Position numbers and translations under genes: made by a program. Of a stretch of DNA of 64,000 nt, positions 49,478-59,215 are shown one piece after another (within the stretch, counting starts at the first letter, position 1; the number at the start of each line of letters is the position of its first letter). The notes under the pieces are model-generated. The model saw only the letters and a program-made list of their open reading frames with translations. It was not told where the DNA came from and did no database searches. The stretch comes from Nitrosopumilus sp. (GTDB lineage: Archaea; Thermoproteota; Nitrososphaeria; Nitrososphaerales; Nitrosopumilaceae): positions 544,001-608,000 of the forward strand of contig OZ245003.1 of the NCBI GenBank assembly GCA_965223425.1, in the 5' to 3' direction.

Positions 49478-49783
49478 TTCGATTCGTATCTGATATATCA
49501 GTCATAAATTTTTGAAAGACTCTCAGTTCCTACAAAACATCACGCTCTACAGACCTTGATGCAAAATTTGGGTGATCCGCAGCAGCCTCGAACTAATTTG
49601 ATATTTTCTTTGGTAAATACTTGAGAACATGGATTTTGGATAGAAAATAAAGGTCATTTTTTAGTATTTGTAAGAGTATGGCCTGAATGGAATTTGCGTC
49701 TCAAGCATAGAACTTTAGATTTCAGACATTTTTACATAGAATTTGCACCAAAAAGATATAATCTATTTTGACTATCTAATGTT

Positions 49784-50215
49784 ATGGGCAAAGTACTTGT
49801 TCTGACACTTCTGTTATCTGTTCTGGCAACAGTGATGATCTTTGGTTCTGTTTCCCCCATCTTTGCAGGTTCTGACGGTGAATCCTATAAAAAATACCAG
49901 GTAGTTTCAATCGGCGATGCAGTAGGAACTATAGAGATCTCTGAGGACACCAACATCGACGACGTCAAGGATCAGGCCATATCAGAAGAAGATGCAACGG
50001 AAGGATATGATGTCGACAAAGCCAAACTCAAAAAGGCCGTAAATGACTCAGACCAGTACTTTCTCGTGTGGAAACTGGTAGACTTTACAGATTCAGGAAC
50101 CATGACAATATATGTTCTTGATGCAGGAACCGGGGAGCAGCTGATCGAACCTGTCATCAAAGAAAAAGGCATGTGCACCAAATCCCAGTCTACCAACAGT
50201 GGAGACAATGCATAA
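49784..50215 (+). CDS. Secreted protein, PepSY-like C-terminus
   Basis: Signal peptide; LVW......IYVLDAGTGEQL. Confidence 0.7.
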   Translation: MGKVLVLTLLLSVLATVMIFGSVSPIFAGSDGESYKKYQVVSIGDAVGTIEISEDTNIDDVKDQAISEEDATEGYDVDKAKLKKAVNDSDQYFLVWKLVDFTDSGTMTIYVLDAGTGEQLIEPVIKEKGMCTKSQSTNSGDNA

Positions 50216-50881
50216 AACTATCTTGCCTAACCCGGTTCTGTGAAGTTATCGGGAGTTACATGTCAATTCCCAAAATGTACAAGCCTCCAAACCGCAAGAT
50301 ATTCGCTGAAGGCGATAAAGCCAATATCACAGAAATATGCGCCGAACTCTGACCTAATGGATATGGCGGCTACATTCACAAAGATGGCCAATCATTGCAT
50401 CAAGATAGGGTTGAAAGAAGACACTCACAATATGAAGAGGCTGTCCATGTTATGTTGTCATGAATTACGTAACTATGACATTTTATCAACATACAAACTA
50501 AATGCAATATCAAGGGCTGCAGGCATATTATCAAACAGAAAACAATCAGTCAAACGAGGTGTCAGAATAAGAGGCCCAATAGTCAAAAATCCCTTTATGA
50601 CAAACTGTTACGGCATAAAACACAACGGTGCACTACTAACAATCCCATACAAGAAACATAACCCAATCAACATTTTACTCAACGATCACGCCCAAAAAAT
50701 CCTGTCTGATCCCGCCCTGACGGTGCGCTCGTTTTCACTGACTGCCCTCAACATCAGTCTTTGTGTTTCAAAAAAAGTACAAGAGATAGAGTGCACCAAG
50801 AAAGTTGGAATAGACAGAAACCTAAGAAATGTGACGTGTGGGAACGGGGAAGGGGTGACAGTCTACAAGACAAACAAACTG

Positions 50882-52023
50882 TAGTTAGCACATTAAATAA
50901 TTGAATATTTTCACAGGCAGGATCTCCTTTCTGGCAAACAGCTTGCGTACTGACTGCTCCATCTCATCTAGCGTGCCAAACACTTTTGCAGACAGTACCC
51001 GTTTTATCACCCTCCACTGCATCTCAATGGGATTAAGCTCCGGCGTGTACGGCAGCAGGTACTCCAGAACTATCTCGCCGTTGTATCTTTCCAGAAACTC
51101 CTTTACCTTTTTGGATTTGTGATATGACGCATTGTCTACAAACAGCAGCACCTTGCCGAATCTTTTGTGAACCCGTTCCAAAAAGTTGCAAAAGCTGTCG
51201 CTGTTTGACTTTTCATAAAACATAAAGTAAAATGCGTTTGCCGCCAAAGCTCCAAAGATGTATCTTCTTTCGCGTGACAAAACAGAGGGGGATGTGGCGC
51301 GCTTGCCGCGCCTTCTCCACCCGTAGCCGGGCCTGTTTGATGCCTTTTGAATCGAGGATGCATCGCCGGCCAGTACGGTGTATCCCTGCGCCGACTTTTC
51401 TGCAACGAGTTTTTTTGCCCGCTCCTGAAACTCTTTTTGCTTTCTTTTTGAGGCTGATCTTGGGTTTTTTGGACGCGCCTTGCTCCACGAAAAGCCCATC
51501 TCCCTGACCAGCTGCAGCGCGCCTGTCTTGCTGTACTGCACGCCGAACTTTTTCTTGATGTGCAGCCTTACCAGGTTGGAATCCCACAGGCTGCTCTCAA
51601 AGCCGCATGATTCCGGCCCCGCATCCAGGTCTGCTGCAAGCTGTCTTGCCTGCGGCCCGCCTATCAGGTGCTTTCGTCCCCTGCCGCTGCGCTCGAACCT
51701 TGCGCGTATTCCCTCGTCCTGTGCGCGGTTGAGCCATGCAGATATGGTGGACTTGGGCCTTCCCAGCATCCTTCCAATCCTGTCTAGCGGCACGCCGTCC
51801 TTGCGCTGCATGTACGCAAGCAGCCTGTCGCGCCTTCTGGGATCGGTCTCTTTTTTGTATGCCCTTTTGAGGTCTGCAACGCTGGTGTTTGGCAGAAATT
51901 TTGCCCCCCTTGCAACCTGTCTCTTTTTTTGTTTGTACATGCAGTGTGTGCGGTATGGCCTGTCTTGGATCTTTTGGCCAAAAATAATTGTCAAAATGGT
52001 TCAGGTTTTTTATGTACTTACTA
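50882..52023 (-). mobile_element. IS630-family insertion sequence
   Basis: Imperfect TIR TAGTTAGCACATTAAA / TAGTAAGTACATAAAA (13/16); flanked by TG on both sides. Confidence 0.85.
50885..51994 (-). CDS. IS630 transposase (intact, single frame)
   Basis: HTH plus winged HTH; AGDASS, FVDNASYH, LPYTPELNPIEMQW. Confidence 0.93.
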   Translation of the reverse strand: MTIIFGQKIQDRPYRTHCMYKQKKRQVARGAKFLPNTSVADLKRAYKKETDPRRRDRLLAYMQRKDGVPLDRIGRMLGRPKSTISAWLNRAQDEGIRARFERSGRGRKHLIGGPQARQLAADLDAGPESCGFESSLWDSNLVRLHIKKKFGVQYSKTGALQLVREMGFSWSKARPKNPRSASKRKQKEFQERAKKLVAEKSAQGYTVLAGDASSIQKASNRPGYGWRRRGKRATSPSVLSRERRYIFGALAANAFYFMFYEKSNSDSFCNFLERVHKRFGKVLLFVDNASYHKSKKVKEFLERYNGEIVLEYLLPYTPELNPIEMQWRVIKRVLSAKVFGTLDEMEQSVRKLFARKEILPVKIFNYLMC

Positions 52024-52048
52024 TGTTATCCATAAAGGAGAACACAGT

Positions 52049-52147
52049 AGACCTTATGCGTAATCGATCAAACTAATATTGCTAGATGATTTTTACCTTA
52101 GTAAACCAATTTGATTTTGAATTCTTAGTCGATTACGCATAAGGTCT
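52049..52147. mobile_element. MITE (~100 bp)
   Basis: Perfect inverted repeat TAGACCTTATGCGTAATCGA (52048-52067 / 52129-52148); AGT (or TA) duplicated at the flanks. Confidence 0.88.
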
Positions 52148-52770
52148 AGTACACGCCAGGGCAGGCTTCCACAGAAATGACCGCAGGAAGAAAAATCAGT
52201 TCTGGAAGATAAAACAGCGAAGAATGACCAATAGAACAAAACAATACATCCACAGAATATCAAAGGATATTGTGGATAATGCCGTCAAAGAAAAGGCTGC
52301 AATCGTTCTAGAAAACCTGAAAGGAATTAGAAAACTCTACAAAAAAGGAAATGGTCAGGGCAACAAGTACAGGCGCAGATTGAACGGGTGGCAATTCTAC
52401 GAGCTGCAACGCCAAATAGAATACAAAGCCCAACGGGTCGGGCTCCCGCCAGTCGAGACAGTAGACCCAAGAAACACGAGCACGCAGTGTCCGCAATGCG
52501 GAAAGAGACTCCAAGAGGACATGCAACAGCATCGTAAACTGTCGTGTAATAATTGCGGTTTGTTTATGGACAGGGATATTGTCGCTGCCATGAACAACAT
52601 ATCACGCAAGCCGCCCCCCAGGTTTAGGGGCAGTAGAGATGACATATGTGAAGCGCAGTCCGGCACTTTTGAGCCGGCGATGACGGAATCCGGCACACCA
52701 TTGGCAATCCGAATAGTCGATATGTCAAAGTCGAGTTATAGGGGTCAACTCCCGATAACTTCACAGAACC

Positions 52771-53085
52771 GGATATGACTCTGGCAGGATAAACACACAA
52801 ATTCTGTTTCTTGTGGGGGGAGCTGCCCAGATCTTCTGGGTCGTTCCAATGGTAAGAAGATGGGGACAAGTCTGGTATGGCATAGGCCTTGGAGGTACAA
52901 TCGTCTTTATCGCAATCTGGGTCATTACTAGGATCCCTGAGAACTTTATCACCGGAAGAGGGGGACGGATAAGCGACAATGGAATTCTGACCGAGGTGTT
53001 CCAGTTTGCCTTTGTTGGAATCGCAATTGCAATTCTTGTACTGCTGCAAAGTTGTTTTGATAACAAATCCAAGAAGCAAGCATAA
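52771..53085 (+). pseudogene. Membrane protein, apparently 5'-truncated at the element end
   Basis: Frame is open from the element boundary (GYDSGRINTQILFLVGGAAQIFW...) with no ATG before the TM segments. Confidence 0.55.
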
Positions 53086-53153
53086 GAATTAAAAAAGATA
53101 AAAAATCATCTTCAAAATCTTTCATTTTTTATAGACAATGAAATGATGTATGT

Positions 53154-54512
53154 TTAGTTTGGTTCTGGATGTATTGTTATTACAGCATTTTTGATTTCTG
53201 CTCTAATAATGTGCTCTATCTCTGATGTCAAATCATGAACTTTTTCAATTGATAGTTCCTTGTCAAACGAACAGTCGATGTCTATTTTGAGAATATTCTC
53301 AAAATTCAGTGATACTATACGCCCAATTTTTTTGATTTCGGAGTATTTCTCTAAAATTATCTTAATTTTTTCCTCAGTTACTTTGTCTTCCAAACTTAGA
53401 TTCTCAGGCACTGTTACAAATGGTTCCAAGTGGATTGTAGCGTGCTCAATTTCAGGAATATTTTCATGAATTTTTTGCTCTATAATTTCAGAAATTTTAT
53501 GGGCCGATAACAGATTGATTTCTCTATCTACCATTGCATGCAAATTAGAATACGTCTTTCCTCTAGTTTTATGCGTACTGACATTATGTACTCCTTTTAC
53601 CCCCTCAACCCCTTTTGCAATGTCTAGAATTTTTGCATCTAATGGAACATCCTTCCAGTTTGGCTCAAAATGAATTGTAATTGCTGCATTAGAAATTTTA
53701 TTTTTTATATTTCTTTCAACTTTATCACTAATCTCATGTGCTTTATCAAAACTAGTATCCCCCCTTAATGAAATTGTAATGTCTGCAAAAATTGTATCTC
53801 CTGATTTTCTCATAAGTATTGGGTTTGCATCAATTACTCCATCAGTTGAAGTTGAAATTTCTCTAACGTTTTTTACGAGTTCAGGTGAAATAATGTCTGT
53901 TAAATCAAGAGCAGTTCTGTACACTAGTTTTACACTAAGCACTGCCAATAATCCTCCTAGAATTAACGCTGCTGTAAAATCTCCATAATAGAATCCATAT
54001 GATACCAAAACTATTCCAACGATTGCTACTAGTGTAGAACCAAGATCCATAAATGCATGATAAAAATCTGCTTTGAGAGTTGCGCCTCCGATTTTCTTAA
54101 TTGATCTTCTTAATAGAATAATCCTGAAAAAATCAACGCCAATTGTGTATAATCCGCCAATTATTGCAAATAATCCCGGTAGAATACTTGGTGGTGGACT
54201 TTGTAACCTGTTGATTGATTCGTAAATGAAAAAACAGGCAATTAGAAAAATTGCTATTCCCCCAATCAGTCCCCCCAATGATTCAATTTTTCCATGTCCG
54301 TAAGTGTGTTCAGCATCTGGCGGCTTGATTGCCATTCTTGCTGCCAAAAGTAAAACAAGAGTTACGACACTGTCTAATAATGCATGAATACTGTCTGTAA
54401 CTAGCGCTAGACTGTTTGAAATTAAACCAAAAACTAACTCTACTAAAAATGCTGAAAAAATAGCCAAGAGTGAAATTTGTAATACCTTGGTTCTTTGAAC
54501 AAACATTTCCAT
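53154..54512 (-). CDS. Cation diffusion facilitator (FieF-like) with repeated C-terminal dimerisation domains
   Basis: SLALVTDSIHALLD, HTYGHGKIE, three IH.EP repeats. Confidence 0.92.
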   Translation of the reverse strand: MEMFVQRTKVLQISLLAIFSAFLVELVFGLISNSLALVTDSIHALLDSVVTLVLLLAARMAIKPPDAEHTYGHGKIESLGGLIGGIAIFLIACFFIYESINRLQSPPPSILPGLFAIIGGLYTIGVDFFRIILLRRSIKKIGGATLKADFYHAFMDLGSTLVAIVGIVLVSYGFYYGDFTAALILGGLLAVLSVKLVYRTALDLTDIISPELVKNVREISTSTDGVIDANPILMRKSGDTIFADITISLRGDTSFDKAHEISDKVERNIKNKISNAAITIHFEPNWKDVPLDAKILDIAKGVEGVKGVHNVSTHKTRGKTYSNLHAMVDREINLLSAHKISEIIEQKIHENIPEIEHATIHLEPFVTVPENLSLEDKVTEEKIKIILEKYSEIKKIGRIVSLNFENILKIDIDCSFDKELSIEKVHDLTSEIEHIIRAEIKNAVITIHPEPN

Positions 54513-57500
54513 ATTTTTTGATATTTCTTATCATGTATTACAGGTTTCTGAGAAGAAATGCTACGACAACGTTATTTGTGATAATGCGAGATTTTGAAAT
54601 GTTGGATGGGAAATACTGGTATTTATTGGCAGTTTGGTCAGTATTTTCACTAATCCCAACTATGGATGTTGAGGCATCAAGCAATCCTAACTTGTTTGTA
54701 TCTGCAGAAAACCCTCAATTTGACAATTATTTTTCCGGCTCTATGGTAGTTGAAGTTGTGATTTATGATCCAAATCTGCAAGATATTGATGAGGGAAAGG
54801 GGGAACCTGATGTCACCCTCAACGGTAAATCATTGCGCATGGCTCAAGCAGTTGATGGTAATTGGTATGCTTATTTTGCAAATGTTGAAAAGGCAAAAAT
54901 TGCAGATTCAACAGTAGGCCTAGCTGGAAAAGGTTTGGATTTTGGAGTTTTCTGTAGCAGGGATACCCCTTCTTCTGTTCTTGGAATTTCTCTTTCAGAA
55001 ACTGATGGATTTGCAGTTCCGCAATCTGATGGGTTAACAGGCTTTACTAATGGCGCTTCTTCATTTACATCTTGTGCCGGATCTCCAGCTGGTTCTGAAA
55101 AATTGAATAATGTGGTTAGAAAAGCAAAATCAATTAACACAAATTCCAATATCCTTCCTGGACAAATCGGTCTAGACTCAGATGCATGGCCATTGATCCA
55201 ACTTTACTCTTTTGATCAGGTTACAATTAAATACAATCCTGGCGGTTCATCACAAAAAGTTTCACTTGAGTATGATGAAATTCAGAATATTTCTATGAGC
55301 CTTGATAGAGATCTTTATCCCAGTAATTCTGAAGTCTTCTTAACCATTAATGACTTTCAATTAAATCAGGATCCTACAGATGAAGATTCTTGGACATTTG
55401 GCGTTGGTTCTGGCCCATCAACATTTTATCAGGCATATGACAATTCAGGTTCTAGCTCTGCTAATGGCGGTGCAGGTTTGGTAGATTTGATCCCAACTCT
55501 TTCTAGTTTGGGATTTGAAGACAATGGAGAACTTTCTGTAAACTTGGGCTCCGTACTGGGATTAAAACCAAATGACAAACAGCCATCTACTAGCGTTTCT
55601 AATGGAGGTTCCCCAATTTTTACAGAAATTCTTACTTTGGTGGAAGATGGTCCAAATTCTGGTGTATTTGATAATGGTGATAATGCCGCTCAATCAACTT
55701 TGGGCATTTTAGCTGATGCACCTAGAGGCCAGGCTGGATCAATAACCTACAATAAACAGTCCATGTCTGTTCTAACAGGTTCTTCGACTGCTACTGTGTC
55801 CTTTGCAAATCCTAGTTTGACAATTGGCGATGGTTCCCAATCTCTAAAACCTGGAACCGAATTTCCTGTAGTTTTAGTTGATCCTGATCAGAATATCAAT
55901 TCTGGTTCACAAGATGACTTGGATGTATTTAGAGAATCATCCATAATTCCGACATTGAGGATTGGAACCCCCATCACTCTTGCAAAATCATCTGATGTTG
56001 ATTTTTATGATTTATCCACTAGTGCATTAACCGCAGGGGATTCTGCGAATTCGTCTGTTCCTGACACAAACTCTGCGCGATTAATTGTCGATACTTCTAC
56101 AGTCTCAAATGGCGATTTTGAGAAAATTTCCATAAACCTGGGAATTACAGCCTCAGAATTGCAGTCTCTCTTTATTGATACATCTCTTTCAAACTATGAT
56201 GGTACTAACTGGCTGAACTATGACTTGCGTTCTTTTGCAAATGATCTTAGAGTTTCTGATTTCACCGATACTACAATGGAGCTTTCATTTGGCTCCCTTG
56301 GGAGCTCATCTGTTACGATAGTTGATTCTGGTGATTTGTCCTCACCTAGCGGTTTAGTTCGATTAGATGACTCTGACATTTCACCTATTTCAAGTAAAAG
56401 CGGCACTGTCTATCTTGTAATTAATTTTGATTCGACAAATGATAGTGCAAGTGTTGGAACTGTTTCAAGTGAGACAGATTCACAGCCTATAGTATTTGAT
56501 TTCTTTTCATTTGGAGTTGTTAATTCTAACGATGTGAATAATGCTATCTATCGTTTTGAATTAGAAGAAACCTCTGACAATTCTGCTACTTTTGATGGAA
56601 CTGTGGAGTATTCTGTTGCAAACCAACTAAACATTTTAGATCCTCTGTTTATTCAGACTATGCAACCAATTAGTGATCAAGTGAAATTTATTGTCACTGA
56701 CAGACTAATAGACGATGAAGGAATATCCATCTCATATTATGATTTGGATCTAGTGGGAGTTTTCACAACAACTTCTACAAAATCTGATATTCACACCGCT
56801 TCAGGTGTGTTATCAACAAACTCCCAATCTTATCGTTTTGGTCAACCTGTAACAATCACATTAAATGATCCTGATCTTAATTTGAAAAGTGATCTAGTTG
56901 ACATCTATTTTGTAATCAACGATCCGCTTTCTGCAAATGTTGATACTGTTGGAAAAGATGGAACCATTTTACTTGAAGTTTTACTCAAAGATATTCGCTA
57001 CAAACGTTGTACTGTAAACGGTGTTGAACAAGGAGGTTTGGGCTCTACTGGATTTACTCTTGTTGAAACTGGAACTAGCACAGGAATTTTTGAAGGCGTG
57101 TTTAAAATGCCTTCAAAAATATGCAATAAATCTGGAACGCAGTTAATTTCTTCAGCAGGTGGCAGTCTTGATGTAAAATACTATGATTCACGGGATGCTT
57201 CTGGCAATTCCAACATATTCAGCCTACTTGACAGAAAGTCGACATCTTCATTCCACAGTTTCCCGCAACTAAGTGCATATGAGGTTGCAAAACCTCCCTC
57301 AGGAGGCGTTGAAGAAATTGTACTTTCAGGAAGTATTGAAAACCCTAGAAGAGGAGTCCCGTTAGCAGTAGCTATTACTTATCCTGACGGGAAATCTCAA
57401 AACTTTGGTTCAAGTCTTATCAGTGGAAATTACAAATCTGTAATCTCAATTAATGAAAATTCTTTATCTGGAGTTTATACAATAGAGTTGTCTTATGACA

Positions 57501-57805
57501 GCTCTCATGTTGGAACAGTTTCATTTGTAGTTTCAATTCCTGAAATCCCTAGTTGGATTAAAAATAATGCAAAATGGTGGTCTTCTGCCATAATTTCTGA
57601 TTCTGAATTCATTGATGGCATTGAATATTTGATTGAAGAAGATCTTATCGCACTTTCCTCTACAGAGAGTGTGCCCTCTGCCGAACAAGAGATTCCTGAT
57701 TGGATTAAAAATAATGCAAAATGGTGGGCCAACGATCTAATTTCTGATGAAGATTTTATAAAATCAATGCAATACTTGGTCAAAAAAGGCATAATTCGGG
57801 TATAA
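54470..57805 (+). CDS. Large secreted/S-layer-associated protein with two C-terminal IPxWIKNNAKWW repeats
   Basis: Signal peptide (true start likely near 54584-54600); repeated D.D.N and ET...G.F.G motifs; thaumarchaeal C-terminal repeats. Confidence 0.85.
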   Translation: MKFVIPWFFEQTFPYFLIFLIMYYRFLRRNATTTLFVIMRDFEMLDGKYWYLLAVWSVFSLIPTMDVEASSNPNLFVSAENPQFDNYFSGSMVVEVVIYDPNLQDIDEGKGEPDVTLNGKSLRMAQAVDGNWYAYFANVEKAKIADSTVGLAGKGLDFGVFCSRDTPSSVLGISLSETDGFAVPQSDGLTGFTNGASSFTSCAGSPAGSEKLNNVVRKAKSINTNSNILPGQIGLDSDAWPLIQLYSFDQVTIKYNPGGSSQKVSLEYDEIQNISMSLDRDLYPSNSEVFLTINDFQLNQDPTDEDSWTFGVGSGPSTFYQAYDNSGSSSANGGAGLVDLIPTLSSLGFEDNGELSVNLGSVLGLKPNDKQPSTSVSNGGSPIFTEILTLVEDGPNSGVFDNGDNAAQSTLGILADAPRGQAGSITYNKQSMSVLTGSSTATVSFANPSLTIGDGSQSLKPGTEFPVVLVDPDQNINSGSQDDLDVFRESSIIPTLRIGTPITLAKSSDVDFYDLSTSALTAGDSANSSVPDTNSARLIVDTSTVSNGDFEKISINLGITASELQSLFIDTSLSNYDGTNWLNYDLRSFANDLRVSDFTDTTMELSFGSLGSSSVTIVDSGDLSSPSGLVRLDDSDISPISSKSGTVYLVINFDSTNDSASVGTVSSETDSQPIVFDFFSFGVVNSNDVNNAIYRFELEETSDNSATFDGTVEYSVANQLNILDPLFIQTMQPISDQVKFIVTDRLIDDEGISISYYDLDLVGVFTTTSTKSDIHTASGVLSTNSQSYRFGQPVTITLNDPDLNLKSDLVDIYFVINDPLSANVDTVGKDGTILLEVLLKDIRYKRCTVNGVEQGGLGSTGFTLVETGTSTGIFEGVFKMPSKICNKSGTQLISSAGGSLDVKYYDSRDASGNSNIFSLLDRKSTSSFHSFPQLSAYEVAKPPSGGVEEIVLSGSIENPRRGVPLAVAITYPDGKSQNFGSSLISGNYKSVISINENSLSGVYTIELSYDSSHVGTVSFVVSIPEIPSWIKNNAKWWSSAIISDSEFIDGIEYLIEEDLIALSSTESVPSAEQEIPDWIKNNAKWWANDLISDEDFIKSMQYLVKKGIIRV

Positions 57806-57806
57806 T

Positions 57807-58841
57807 GTGGTCAATTTTTCTTTCATTGAATACATAAATACTCTCAACTCATCATTCAAAATGAAAATGAGGTTTAAGGGCTTCCTAGCGTTTACGTTGT
57901 TATCACTTTCAATTTTATCTTACGGTACAGGTGGTTCTGCTTTTGCAGCTACTGATCATAATCCCGCATTGGCCGTTTCTTCTGACTGGGATGTTTATTC
58001 AAATGGCGCATCTGTTGTGATTAACGGAACTATTTCAGATTATGATCCTTCTTCTGGAAAAGGACTTATCTATACTGTAACTTCTCCTGATAATAACATT
58101 GTAACCATTGGGCAACCAACTCCAAGTTCTGATGGCTCTTTTGAAGAAACCATAATCGCTGGTGGTCCACTATGGAAGCTGGCTGGAGATTATAAATTTG
58201 AATTTCGTTATGGTGCAGACACATCTAAAATTACAATTAATTATGTTGGCGGAGAGGACGTTCAACCACCCCCACCACCACCCGTCGAACCAGAACTACC
58301 AGTCGAACCAGAACTACCAGTCGAACCAGAACTACCAGTCGAACCAGAACTACCAGTCGAACCAGAACTACCCGTCGAACCAACCTGTGGAGCTGGAACT
58401 GAACTAGTAGATGGTATTTGTCAAGTTATTGCTACTGATCCGCCACCACCAAGTGGTGGCGGTAGTTGTTTAATTGCAACAGCAGCTTATGGAACTGAAT
58501 TAGCACCACAAGTTCAGCTCTTAAGAGAAATTAGAGATAACACCGTGATGAGTACCTCATCTGGCATGTCATTTATGACAGGCTTTAACCAAATATACTA
58601 TTCATTCTCACCAACAATTGCTGACTGGGAAAGAGAGAATCCAGTATTCCAAGAAGCAGTTAAAGCATTCATTACTCCAATGATTTCAACACTATCGATT
58701 ATGACACTAGCTGAGGATGGTTCAGAAGTTGAAGTTTTAGGACTCGGAATTTCTGTGATTGCACTAAACTTGGGAATGTATATTGCAGCGCCTGCACTGA
58801 TTGGATTCAAAGTTTACAAGCACATTAAATCTAGAAACTAG
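57807..58841 (+). CDS. Secreted protein with CFI-box-CTERM-type domain
   Basis: GGSCLIATAAYGTELAPQVQLLREIRD motif, C-terminal TM, PVEPEL repeat linker; the start is probably MKMRFKG. Confidence 0.88.
   Translation: MVNFSFIEYINTLNSSFKMKMRFKGFLAFTLLSLSILSYGTGGSAFAATDHNPALAVSSDWDVYSNGASVVINGTISDYDPSSGKGLIYTVTSPDNNIVTIGQPTPSSDGSFEETIIAGGPLWKLAGDYKFEFRYGADTSKITINYVGGEDVQPPPPPPVEPELPVEPELPVEPELPVEPELPVEPELPVEPTCGAGTELVDGICQVIATDPPPPSGGGSCLIATAAYGTELAPQVQLLREIRDNTVMSTSSGMSFMTGFNQIYYSFSPTIADWERENPVFQEAVKAFITPMISTLSIMTLAEDGSEVEVLGLGISVIALNLGMYIAAPALIGFKVYKHIKSRN
58281..58382 (+). repeat. 18-bp coding tandem repeat (PVEPEL, ~5.7 copies)
   Basis: CC(A/C)GTCGAACCAGAACTA repeated in tandem. Confidence 0.95.
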
Positions 58842-58891
58842 CTATCTAATTTCATTAGTAGGTTATTATACTGAGGCACATTAGGTAGTCT

Positions 58892-59215
58892 ATGAAAATT
58901 GAGTATGAAGAATTTGATACCATTGAAGACATCTTCATGTATATGGCATCAGCTGCCCCTCCAATGAAAAACACAATGCCCATTAATTCCTACAAGGGAT
59001 ATGTAATGTCATTTATTCCACTTAGTCCAACTACCGGAGAAACATATCTTGTGATTTATTCAAAGGGCTCCCTTGAACCCGGAATCTATGAATTTGATGT
59101 TACGTCAAAATCTTACAAAAAAGTCGAAGGTATTGAAAGGGCAGACAAAGTTTACTTTATCTCTCTGACACCAAAGCGCAACACTATAGCAGATGTTGCT
59201 ATTGAAAATCTATAA
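58892..59215 (+). CDS. Hypothetical protein
   Basis: 107-aa ORF preceded by a TATA-like TTATTATA. Confidence 0.75.
   Translation: MKIEYEEFDTIEDIFMYMASAAPPMKNTMPINSYKGYVMSFIPLSPTTGETYLVIYSKGSLEPGIYEFDVTSKSYKKVEGIERADKVYFISLTPKRNTIADVAIENL

Larger units (their letters stand above)
50232..52772 (+). mobile_element. tnpB element bounded by perfect 26-bp terminal inverted repeats
   Basis: CCGGTTCTGTGAAGTTATCGGGAGTT (50232-50257) and its exact reverse complement (52747-52772) enclose tnpB only, apart from the nested insertions. Confidence 0.88.
50240..52778 (+). pseudogene. tnpB: TnpB RNA-guided nuclease, split by IS630 and a MITE
   Basis: RuvC-I VGIDRN, RuvC-II IVLENL, TSTQCPQCG...CNNCG, RuvC-III DRDIVAAMN. 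Removing both insertions restores ...VYKTNKLLSIKENTVHARAGFHRNDRR... Confidence 0.9.

Noticed and set aside
50885-51994. IS630 transposase as the partner mobilising the tnpB element
   Set aside because: It has its own ends and interrupts tnpB, so it is a later insertion.
58281-58382. Possible CRISPR array
   Set aside because: Contiguous in-frame repeats with no spacers and no cas genes.
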